A DNA stretch of 32,000 bases, taken from the NCBI GenBank assembly GCA_048886185.1, contig JBHLKY010000020.1:49550-81549 (forward strand). Direction: 5' to 3'. The stretch is from Candidatus Hermodarchaeota archaeon (GTDB lineage Archaea > Asgardarchaeota > Heimdallarchaeia > Hodarchaeales > Hodarchaeaceae). The notes under the pieces were generated by a model. That model was not told the origin of the DNA and did not search any database. It was given only the letters and a program-made list of their open reading frames with translations. The stretch's first letter is position 1, and each line of letters opens with the position of its first letter. The position numbers and the translations under genes are program-made. Shown here piece after piece: positions 19,252 to 27,078 of the stretch.

Positions 19252-20052
19252 TTGAAATTAAAAAATAAGGTGGTTTTAGTTACAGGAGGAGCATTAGGTT
19301 TTAAAACTGGTGGCCCTTCAATAGGAAGTGCTATAGCTATTAAATTTGCTATAGAAGGAGCTAAAGTAGTTGTTGTTGATGTTTTAGAGGAAATGGGCCA
19401 AAAGACTGTTGATATTATTAACGAACGAGGAGGTGAAGGACTATTTGTAAAAACAGACGTAAGAAAAACTGATGAAGTCAAAAAATCTATAGAAATAACA
19501 ATAAAAAGATTTAAAATGTTGCATACTCTTGTGAATTGTGCAGCATCATATGAAGGAGATATTTTTCGAAATATTGTAGAGATTCCAGAGAAAGATTGGA
19601 ATCATATCATTGATGTGAACTTAAATGGGTATTTCAGGTTTGCTAAGTATTCTATCCCCGTAATTTTGAAAAGTGGCGGAGGTACAATTATAAATATTTC
19701 ATCCATGGCTGCTTTTAAAGTTGTACCAAATTTCAGTGTTTATCCTGTTACTAAAGCTGCAATCAATGCCTTAACGAGAACTTTAGCAATCGATTTTGCC
19801 CCTCAAATTCGTACAAACGCTATTTGTCCAGGTTTTGTAAAGATCGCTAATTCTGAAAGAGATCGTAATCCAGAAGAACTAAAAGAATGGTATTCAATTA
19901 TTGGTAGAACATATCCTCTTAAAAGAGTCTGTACTGTAGCTGAAATTGCTAATACAGCGTTATTCCTGGCTAGTGATGACTCATCATTTATTAATGGTGA
20001 GTGTTTAGTAGTTGATGGAGGGAGATCTGTGTCAGATAGTCATAAATTTTGA
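19252..20052 (+). CDS. SDR family NAD(P)-dependent oxidoreductase
   Basis: Expanded TGG...IG Rossmann loop, NCAA, VNLNG, NISS, YPVTK (YxxxK), NAICPG and VDGG. Confidence 0.93.
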   Translation: MKLKNKVVLVTGGALGFKTGGPSIGSAIAIKFAIEGAKVVVVDVLEEMGQKTVDIINERGGEGLFVKTDVRKTDEVKKSIEITIKRFKMLHTLVNCAASYEGDIFRNIVEIPEKDWNHIIDVNLNGYFRFAKYSIPVILKSGGGTIINISSMAAFKVVPNFSVYPVTKAAINALTRTLAIDFAPQIRTNAICPGFVKIANSERDRNPEELKEWYSIIGRTYPLKRVCTVAEIANTALFLASDDSSFINGECLVVDGGRSVSDSHKF

Positions 20053-20096
20053 TAATATACTCATATTACTGAAGAAATAATTAAAACTAGCTCCAT

Positions 20097-21461
20097 TTAA
20101 TCTTTCCAAGCATCTAGTGCCTTTTTCATTAGAGCTAAGGCTTGCTTCTCATGAGGAATGGCCTCTCGGAGGATTTTCGCTCCTTTAAGTCGTTTCTCTT
20201 TTGATATCTCCCCCTCGAATGCGAAGGGGAAAATTTCCTGAAACGATTTAAGAATCCCCACGATTTCATTGAATTTCTTTGCAGCTTTTCTCAAATGATC
20301 TGAAAAAGGCTCTGAATGGTACTTTTCCGCTAATCGTCCGAGAAATGCGGCAGCTAGATCTTTAGCTTCCAATGTACACTCATTAACATAAGAATTGCCA
20401 TGATATAACACATTCTCTTTTGGAGCTGTTTCCAATACTTTTGCCCATTCTTTGTATGCAAGAGCTCCAGCTACATAATTTTCTTCTGCTAAATGCCCTT
20501 TAGCTAGAGTAATTGCTCTCTGGAGGGCTTTTATGTCATCAGACATGGTAATCTCGTTTTTTTGATTTTCAAAAATGACTGCATGAAGGCCTCCAGGCGC
20601 CTGAAGTGAATCAAAAGCAATAGGATCATCGGGTTGATTCATTAATCTCCGAAATGTACTAACCATATATGAGCTCTCCTGATAACCAGTTACAATTCCA
20701 TATTCGGGGATTGGTATACCCCACAGAACAACAGGATAGTTAAGGTCAATGGCTTTCTTAATCCTTTGAAAGATTTTATCAGCCCTATTACGATCTTTTG
20801 GAGTGATACGTCCTTCTTGCATTGGATAACAACCTGGATCATCGATCTGTTCTGTACTATATCCAAGAGCATCTGTTCCTTTCATGATTTCCTGCCACAT
20901 TTTTCCCAAAGCAGTAGGCCCAGACGGGCAGGTTGAAAGTTTGGAAACATTTGGTAAGGCAAAAGCATACCCAGTATAACCTCCAGTGTTTATGAGATCA
21001 TGTTCTTCTTTCCCTAACGCTTTCATCACCCCTGATACGGATCCTAAATATGAAATCCAACAAGGTTGATAGGCTGGTTCTATCGTTAATTTTTTTCTCA
21101 TCATTTTCATTCTTCCATGTGAATAGCGACTTATGAGTTTCTTTCTCTCTAGTTCTTGTTTGATACTTGTTTCATTATAAAAAGATTTAATTAAAGCAAG
21201 TAGGTTACGTCCATCATCTGTAATCAAATATTTTCCTCGTTCAACACGTTTGATCAATCTGATTTTCAGTATTTTAGTCAGGTGATTAGATAAGGCTGTT
21301 TTTTGTAAATTAGTTTTAGTTAATAACGAGGAAAAGTCTTGTGGTTCATCCATCACCAATGTTAAGATTTCTAATCTTTTTTTATGACCTATTGCTTTTA
21401 AGATCTCTGTTATCTCATCAATTGATCCTAGAATATCTAATTCCATGATTTCGGTACCCAT
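20097..21461 (-). CDS. ArsR-like winged-helix transcriptional regulator fused to a large putative sensor domain
   Basis: N-terminal LKAIGHKKRLEIL...TALSNHL...GKYLITDDG winged HTH. The C-terminal about 330 aa include PVVLW...YGIVTGY (papain/BtrH-like look) and a helical bundle. Confidence 0.8.
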   Translation of the reverse strand: MGTEIMELDILGSIDEITEILKAIGHKKRLEILTLVMDEPQDFSSLLTKTNLQKTALSNHLTKILKIRLIKRVERGKYLITDDGRNLLALIKSFYNETSIKQELERKKLISRYSHGRMKMMRKKLTIEPAYQPCWISYLGSVSGVMKALGKEEHDLINTGGYTGYAFALPNVSKLSTCPSGPTALGKMWQEIMKGTDALGYSTEQIDDPGCYPMQEGRITPKDRNRADKIFQRIKKAIDLNYPVVLWGIPIPEYGIVTGYQESSYMVSTFRRLMNQPDDPIAFDSLQAPGGLHAVIFENQKNEITMSDDIKALQRAITLAKGHLAEENYVAGALAYKEWAKVLETAPKENVLYHGNSYVNECTLEAKDLAAAFLGRLAEKYHSEPFSDHLRKAAKKFNEIVGILKSFQEIFPFAFEGEISKEKRLKGAKILREAIPHEKQALALMKKALDAWKD

Positions 21462-21476
21462 ATTTCGCCATTAAGA

Positions 21477-21508
21477 ACAAAATCATCATTATGATTTGTC
21501 ATATAAAA
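21477..21508 (-). promoter_or_regulatory. candidate TATA box plus inverted-repeat operator for the wHTH gene
   Basis: Minus-strand TTTTATAT at 21508-21501, and inverted repeat ACAAAATCAT-catt-ATGATTTGT at 21477-21499 between it and ATG 21461. Confidence 0.4.
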
Positions 21509-21584
21509 AGATTCCTAAGAATTATGAAATATATTCCTAAAAAAAGTGAATAAAATAATTGCCAGTATATTAAATGAAAGCATC

Positions 21585-22541
21585 CTAAGAATACGTAGAA
21601 TTCTGATAAACACGTATATAGTCAACAATCATTGTTTGAGGGAAAACAGAGTCGTCGATACCATAAAGACCACCCCAAGTACCACCAACAGCAATATTTA
21701 AAATCCAGTAAAAATTTTGGTCGAATGGCCAGGTGTAAGCGGATGCATTCACCTCTTTTTGAAATGTAAAATACTTTATATCATCCACAAAAAAATCAAT
21801 ACGATTGGGAAACCATTCAATGGCATAGATGTGGAATTGTTCCTCACATGTAGCCATAAAAACAGACCCCCCTTGTTGAGTACCCTTCAGATGATTATAA
21901 GCATCACAATGAATCGTTCCATGAATAAGCCCAGGTTGATATCCCACATATTCCATTATATCTATCTCCCCACTTTCGGGCCAGCCACCATAAACACTAC
22001 TTTGGGGCATCATCCAGATAGCAGGCCAGAGTCCTCGGCCATGTGGCAATATTGCACGAGCCTCAAATCTACCATATGTCCAATAAGCCTTTGATTGGGT
22101 ATTTATCCGTGCGGAAGTATATTTAATACCTATTTTATCACTCAATACCGCTTTTATTATCAAGGTTCCATCTTCTACATAGGAATTATTTAGATCCTTT
22201 ACATACTCCTGTTCTTCTTCATTTACCCATCCAGGTCCACGCCATTCAAAATTCCATTTGGATTCATTGGGAAAACCAGAATAATTAAACTCATCAGACC
22301 AATTTAACTGCTCCCAAAGATAAGAAGAATATTGCACCTCAAGGAAAGATGGTTCAGGTTCCTCATCGATTGGGTTGGGTTCCTCAGTTTCTTCAGGTTC
22401 CTCATTCGTTTGTTCATTTGTTGTATTGTTAGAATCAGGGGTTATAGATGGAGTATTTAGGTTAAAAAGAGCTAGAAATGTGACTCCAATTAATAAAAGA
22501 GACATTGAACCTCCAATCATTAATATTCTGCGATAAGACAT
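21585..22541 (-). CDS. glycoside hydrolase family 16 (laminarinase-type beta-1,3-glucanase), N-terminally membrane anchored
   Basis: N-terminal TM helix, E/P/N-rich linker, WSDEF, YTSARI, GLWPAIWM and the catalytic WPESGEIDIME motif. Confidence 0.92.
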   Translation of the reverse strand: MSYRRILMIGGSMSLLLIGVTFLALFNLNTPSITPDSNNTTNEQTNEEPEETEEPNPIDEEPEPSFLEVQYSSYLWEQLNWSDEFNYSGFPNESKWNFEWRGPGWVNEEEQEYVKDLNNSYVEDGTLIIKAVLSDKIGIKYTSARINTQSKAYWTYGRFEARAILPHGRGLWPAIWMMPQSSVYGGWPESGEIDIMEYVGYQPGLIHGTIHCDAYNHLKGTQQGGSVFMATCEEQFHIYAIEWFPNRIDFFVDDIKYFTFQKEVNASAYTWPFDQNFYWILNIAVGGTWGGLYGIDDSVFPQTMIVDYIRVYQNSTYS

Positions 22542-22610
22542 AATTTCACTGTATCTTGAGGATATTATTAAATTTTTCTGTTAGATCACAAAGGAGGAAG
22601 TTGTAAGCCA

Positions 22611-23609
22611 TTATAGTATCGAATTGGTGCGAATAAATTCAATAAGATCATCTACCTGAGTATATGCTATACAGGTCACTGTATCTGCCGCCCCATAATA
22701 GATAGCTATACGTCCTGTTGTTGCATCCGCTAATGCAGCGCATGGAAAAACAACATTAGGTACATCACCAACACATTCATACAATCTTTGAGGGGAAAGA
22801 ATATAAGGCCCCGTTCGATATTTTACATTCCAAGGTTGAGTAATATCAAGTATAGCAGCTCCCATGCTGTAAACAAAGCCATTACATGATGTTATTACAC
22901 CATGATATATCATAAGCCAGCCCTCAGTTGTTTCAATTGGAGTAGGACCAGCTCCAATCTTTGTTGATTGCCAACCAAAATTAGTGGCCATAACCTGACG
23001 ATGATGACCCCAATGAATCATATCAGGGCTTTCACTGTAGAAAATGTCTCCCCACGGTGTGTGTCCTCTATCACTTGGACGACTCAACATTGCATATTTT
23101 CCATTGATTTTTCGCGGAAAAAGAACACCATTCCGATTATATGGTAAAAAAGCATTTTCTAGTTGGTGAAATTCCTCAAAATTATGAGTATATGCCATAC
23201 CAATAGTTGGCCCATAATACCAATTACACCAAGTCACATAGAAGCGATCTTCTAACCAACATACCCTAGGATCATATCCATAAACAAATGTAGCGATATC
23301 AGGATTTTCACATTTAAAAGAAATTGGATCATAATCGATATCCCAATTTATGCCATCCACACTTCTTCCTTGATGGAGTCGCATATTTCTATATTTATCG
23401 TCACACCTAAAAATCCCAGCAAAGTTGCCATTAAACGAAACAACAGCACTATTAAATATACTGTTAGATGAAGGTATTAAATCTCTCGGAATAATAGGAT
23501 TTCGTTCTGATCGCCAAACCACATCTTTGTAATCTCTTGGTTTTTCTTCCCAAGGTATATTTGGTAAATCTTCACCAAGGATCGTTTTTCCAGATACCTC
23601 TTTTCCCAT
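22611..23609 (-). CDS. glycoside hydrolase family 130 beta-mannoside phosphorylase (GH130_2-like)
   Basis: [51 protein letters not shown] and GDVPNVVFP motifs. Confidence 0.93.
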   Translation of the reverse strand: MGKEVSGKTILGEDLPNIPWEEKPRDYKDVVWRSERNPIIPRDLIPSSNSIFNSAVVSFNGNFAGIFRCDDKYRNMRLHQGRSVDGINWDIDYDPISFKCENPDIATFVYGYDPRVCWLEDRFYVTWCNWYYGPTIGMAYTHNFEEFHQLENAFLPYNRNGVLFPRKINGKYAMLSRPSDRGHTPWGDIFYSESPDMIHWGHHRQVMATNFGWQSTKIGAGPTPIETTEGWLMIYHGVITSCNGFVYSMGAAILDITQPWNVKYRTGPYILSPQRLYECVGDVPNVVFPCAALADATTGRIAIYYGAADTVTCIAYTQVDDLIEFIRTNSIL

Positions 23610-23699
23610 TTTAGTTACACCATTCTCATTTCTTCATTGTTTTGGTAGTTAAATTGGTTGTTCCTTTTTTAAAAATTGAAATAAATGGATTTCAGAATT

Positions 23700-24683
23700 T
23701 TAACCTTTTTGGCCCGTTTTTATCCTAGGATCAAGAAATCCATATGTTATATCTACTAAGAAATTACCGATAATTGCGATCACTAAAATCACAATGGTAA
23801 TACCCATTATTAGGGGGTAGTCTCTATTAAATAGGGACTCCATATAAAGTGTACCAATCCCTGGCCACAGAAAAACATATTCTACTATTAATGTTTCACT
23901 AATAAGTTCATTAAATCGTAAATTCAACAAAGTAAATTGAGGTAATATTGCATTTCTTTGGGAATATTGTCTTAGTATTTTAGGCCTGAATCCCATATGC
24001 TTTGCATAGTAAATATAAGACGTCTCCATTTCATAAAGAATCATCGCACGCATCCCCACAGCCCAAAATCCCGCGTTAACAATTATTAATGTTAAGAATG
24101 GGGCCATGTAGTGTCGAAAGAGGTCAATAAAATAGTCAATATTGAAGCCAGGAGACATTTGGGGACTAATTCCACCAGGATGAGAAAGAAAGATATTATT
24201 GCCAGTAACGAAGTAAATGAATATAATGAGGCCCAGCCAATAAAACGGTGCAGATCGTAAACAGAGGAAAAACATATACACAGCATCATTGATTCTACCT
24301 TTTAGATATGCTGCTTTAGCCCCAATCCAATTGCCAATGTAAAAACTAATGAACAAGACTGGTATCACAAGAACTAATGAAAAAACAAGACGAGGAAGCA
24401 TTACATCCACAACTGTCATGGGATAATAGTTAAAAGATGGTCCCAAATCCATTTTAAGTAAATTCTCCCAAAAAATTAGATATTGTTCTTCTAATGGTTT
24501 ATCTAGGTTAAAAAAATAAACAATCCAAATATTTCTGTCTCCTTCGGACATGAATCTTGGGATAAAAAAAGCAAATGTAAGGGCAATGAATAATGCTAAT
24601 GAATAAAAACCTGCTTTTTTTAATACAAATCTGTTATAAGAGCTGTTTAAAATTTGTTTTAGTTTTATACTAAGTTTAAGCAT
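23700..24683 (-). CDS. ABC transporter permease, DppB/OppB type (oligopeptide/oligosaccharide family)
   Basis: LDKPLEEQY...DLGPS, PFYWLGL, EAA-like loop (SYIYYAKHMG...RNAILP), IVEYVFLWPGIG and NRDYPLIMG. Confidence 0.9.
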   Translation of the reverse strand: MLKLSIKLKQILNSSYNRFVLKKAGFYSLALFIALTFAFFIPRFMSEGDRNIWIVYFFNLDKPLEEQYLIFWENLLKMDLGPSFNYYPMTVVDVMLPRLVFSLVLVIPVLFISFYIGNWIGAKAAYLKGRINDAVYMFFLCLRSAPFYWLGLIIFIYFVTGNNIFLSHPGGISPQMSPGFNIDYFIDLFRHYMAPFLTLIIVNAGFWAVGMRAMILYEMETSYIYYAKHMGFRPKILRQYSQRNAILPQFTLLNLRFNELISETLIVEYVFLWPGIGTLYMESLFNRDYPLIMGITIVILVIAIIGNFLVDITYGFLDPRIKTGQKG

Positions 24684-24916
24684 TATCTACGTCTCTATTA
24701 TTTCTTTAATAAATGCTAATTCCATTAATTTGTTGAATTTTGTTAAATTAGATAAGATACTTATAATTATTCTGGAAAAAAAATCATCCTATTACTTATG
24801 ACTTATCTCAACTTCTCTTATTGTTTCCACAATTAATCAATGAAAATTTTTTAGGATATTTTAAATCTCTCGTGATCCTACTTGAAATTTAAAATTAGTC
24901 AGGAAGTATTTAATGT

Positions 24917-25372
24917 ATGTCAAGTATATTAGAAAATCAGATTATTGTACAAATCGGGATAATTGTAAAAGACATTGAAAAAACCTCATTAATGTATTCT
25001 AAACTTTTGGGCGCTAAAAAACCTCAATGGTTTTGGACTGAACCTTTTAACAAAGCGAAGACAGAATATAAAGGAAATCCAACACAAGCCAGAGCAAAAT
25101 TAGCCTTCATAAAATTAGAAAACATAGAAATCGAACTCATTGAACCAGATGAAAATCCTAGTACATGGAGAGAGTATTTAGTCACAAGAGGGGAGGGGAT
25201 TCACCATATAGCATTCATTATAAATGGAATGAAACACAAAATTTCTAATCTAACTGAAATTGGTATCCCCTTAATCCAAAAAGGGGAATATTCAGGAGGC
25301 CGCTATGCCTATTTTGATTCTCTAAAAGACTTGAAAGTGATTATTGAACTACTTGAACATAATAATGTTTAA
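24917..25372 (+). CDS. VOC / glyoxalase family protein (methylmalonyl-CoA epimerase-like)
   Basis: QIGIIVKDIE, IELIEP, GEGIHHIAF and IIELLE. Confidence 0.88.
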   Translation: MSSILENQIIVQIGIIVKDIEKTSLMYSKLLGAKKPQWFWTEPFNKAKTEYKGNPTQARAKLAFIKLENIEIELIEPDENPSTWREYLVTRGEGIHHIAFIINGMKHKISNLTEIGIPLIQKGEYSGGRYAYFDSLKDLKVIIELLEHNNV

Positions 25373-26037
25373 GTAAAGTTGTTCAACATCCTATTTAAAC
25401 ACCATTTGATTGCATTAACTATCATTTTTTGAAAAACATCAGTTTTAACTTGAACTTCTCCATGGCCCAACGCTGTGTAAAAGACATATCCAAGACCGTA
25501 TGGTTTTATCCATGAAATAGGACGTGAAAATCCCTTATAATCACATACAATGAGAGTTTTGATAGGAGGATAGATTTCCATTAAATATAATTCATCCTTT
25601 AAAGAAAAATCTGATATACCTTGCATAATAGGGTGATTAGGCTTAATCACCTTGAATTCATACTCTTCTCCTAATGGAGGATGTGTCAAAAATTTGCCTC
25701 CAAGCATTCGTAGATACTCTTGAGAATTTTGAAAAGAGCAAGAAGCGCCATGAACTCCAATAAATGTCTTAGGTTCTCCAGTTTCTCCCCAAGGGGAGCC
25801 AATTATGGCATTTAAAAGACCCTTTTCCTGTTCTGCGTTTAATTCTCTTCCTGTTGTGCAACAAACAATAACTTTATACTTTTTGATATTATTAGATAAG
25901 AAAAAGTCTAGATCCTGAGTTAGTGTTACCTTAAAGCTAGCTTCTTCTAAGAAATCTTTGAAAATGGATCCCATTATAGAAAAATCATGGAATTTTGTTT
26001 CTAAGCCTCCTACAACTAAAATGTCAATACTACTCAA
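25369..26037 (-). CDS. ThuA-like domain protein (class I glutamine amidotransferase-like fold)
   Basis: FHDF, FIGVHGAS, GGKFLTHP, HPIMQG, DELY, YGLGYVFYTALGH. TTG start with GAGG SD. Confidence 0.85.
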   Translation of the reverse strand: MSSIDILVVGGLETKFHDFSIMGSIFKDFLEEASFKVTLTQDLDFFLSNNIKKYKVIVCCTTGRELNAEQEKGLLNAIIGSPWGETGEPKTFIGVHGASCSFQNSQEYLRMLGGKFLTHPPLGEEYEFKVIKPNHPIMQGISDFSLKDELYLMEIYPPIKTLIVCDYKGFSRPISWIKPYGLGYVFYTALGHGEVQVKTDVFQKMIVNAIKWCLNRMLNNFT

Positions 26038-26147
26038 AATTTTTCGCCTCTTATCTAACCTAATTAAGATTCAATAAAACATTATGGTTATTATTATCCT
26101 TAATCTTTATGATGGATTTCATTTAGGACTGTTCACGATAAATCAAG

Positions 26148-26891
26148 TCAAAGATATTTTTGAAGCCAATTGATGCTTTCTTCAATAAATTCCTCTAATT
26201 GATCATTATTGAACATATGGTCGGCATTTTCAACCAAGAGGAGCTTATGGTCAATGTTCGAAGGAAAATGACCTTCAGCCTTTTTGGATAATTCTGGTTT
26301 AACAGTTTTATCTAACTTTCCATGAATAATTAATGATGGATATTTAAATTTTCGAAGATATTTCTCAGTATCGATTTCTTTTAATTCATGAACGAAATCT
26401 TCCTCAATGTATATTTCTGGGGGAGAAGCAGAGAGTAATTTAAATGGAAAGTGATTATAAAGTGAATTATTAGTAATATTTTCCAAATAAAATGCAGGGG
26501 CCCAAAAGATAGCTGTTCGTACTGGAAGATTTGCAATGAGAGCGGTTAAGCCCCCAAAACTCAATCCAATTATGCCAAAATCAACATAATCTAATTTTTT
26601 AAGCCAATCATAAACATCTACTAAATCCTGAACCTGCTGGGATAATAATACAGGTTCTCTTTTATTTTCTCCAGAACCAGAAAAGTCAAAGATTATGGCA
26701 TCAAATCCCTTTTCATTTAGCCTTTTTGCAGTTTTAGGAAATCGTCCCCATTCATATTTGTCACCTGTAAAGCCATGACATAAAATTACTAATGGGGATT
26801 TTTTCTTGGTATTTGTTGATGTCTCAAATAATATCGAAATTAACTCTCCCCCATTTCTTTTCGGAACTTTTATTTTTCTTTGTAGTATTAT
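26148..26891 (-). CDS. alpha/beta hydrolase (about 247 aa), non-canonical ATA start
   Basis: The frame is open from TAG 26909-26907 to the stop ending at 26148. It encodes LVILCHGFTG, FDFSGSGE, GLSFG (Ser), HGKLD (Asp) and ADH (His). No ATG/GTG/TTG lies before the nucleophile elbow, so the ORF-track call at 26564 is truncated. Confidence 0.82.
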   Translation of the reverse strand: MILQRKIKVPKRNGGELISILFETSTNTKKKSPLVILCHGFTGDKYEWGRFPKTAKRLNEKGFDAIIFDFSGSGENKREPVLLSQQVQDLVDVYDWLKKLDYVDFGIIGLSFGGLTALIANLPVRTAIFWAPAFYLENITNNSLYNHFPFKLLSASPPEIYIEEDFVHELKEIDTEKYLRKFKYPSLIIHGKLDKTVKPELSKKAEGHFPSNIDHKLLLVENADHMFNNDQLEEFIEESINWLQKYL

Positions 26892-27078
26892 ATTCTCACC
26901 AATTTGCTAAATTTTGCTATTATCGAAAGATAAAGGTAAAAAGGATTTAATCTTTTTACACAGGTGTGATAGGACTCTAATTATAGATAGATTTTTATAT
27001 TTCATTCATAGACTATTTAATTTCTTGCTATTAGTATAAGTTATAAAATTTGAAAAATGAACATTTTGTGGGTCTAAA

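Noticed and set aside
14113-20052. Biosynthetic gene cluster for a DNA-alkylating compound with AlkD self-resistance
   Set aside because: No NRPS, PKS, RiPP precursor or radical SAM core enzyme is present. AlkD-like genes are common stand-alone.
22355-22405. Three GGTTCCTCA direct repeats
   Set aside because: They simply encode the EEP units of the GH16 linker.
25369-25372. Overlapping stop codons of the VOC and ThuA genes
   Set aside because: A TTAA overlap of convergent genes is common in compact AT-rich genomes.
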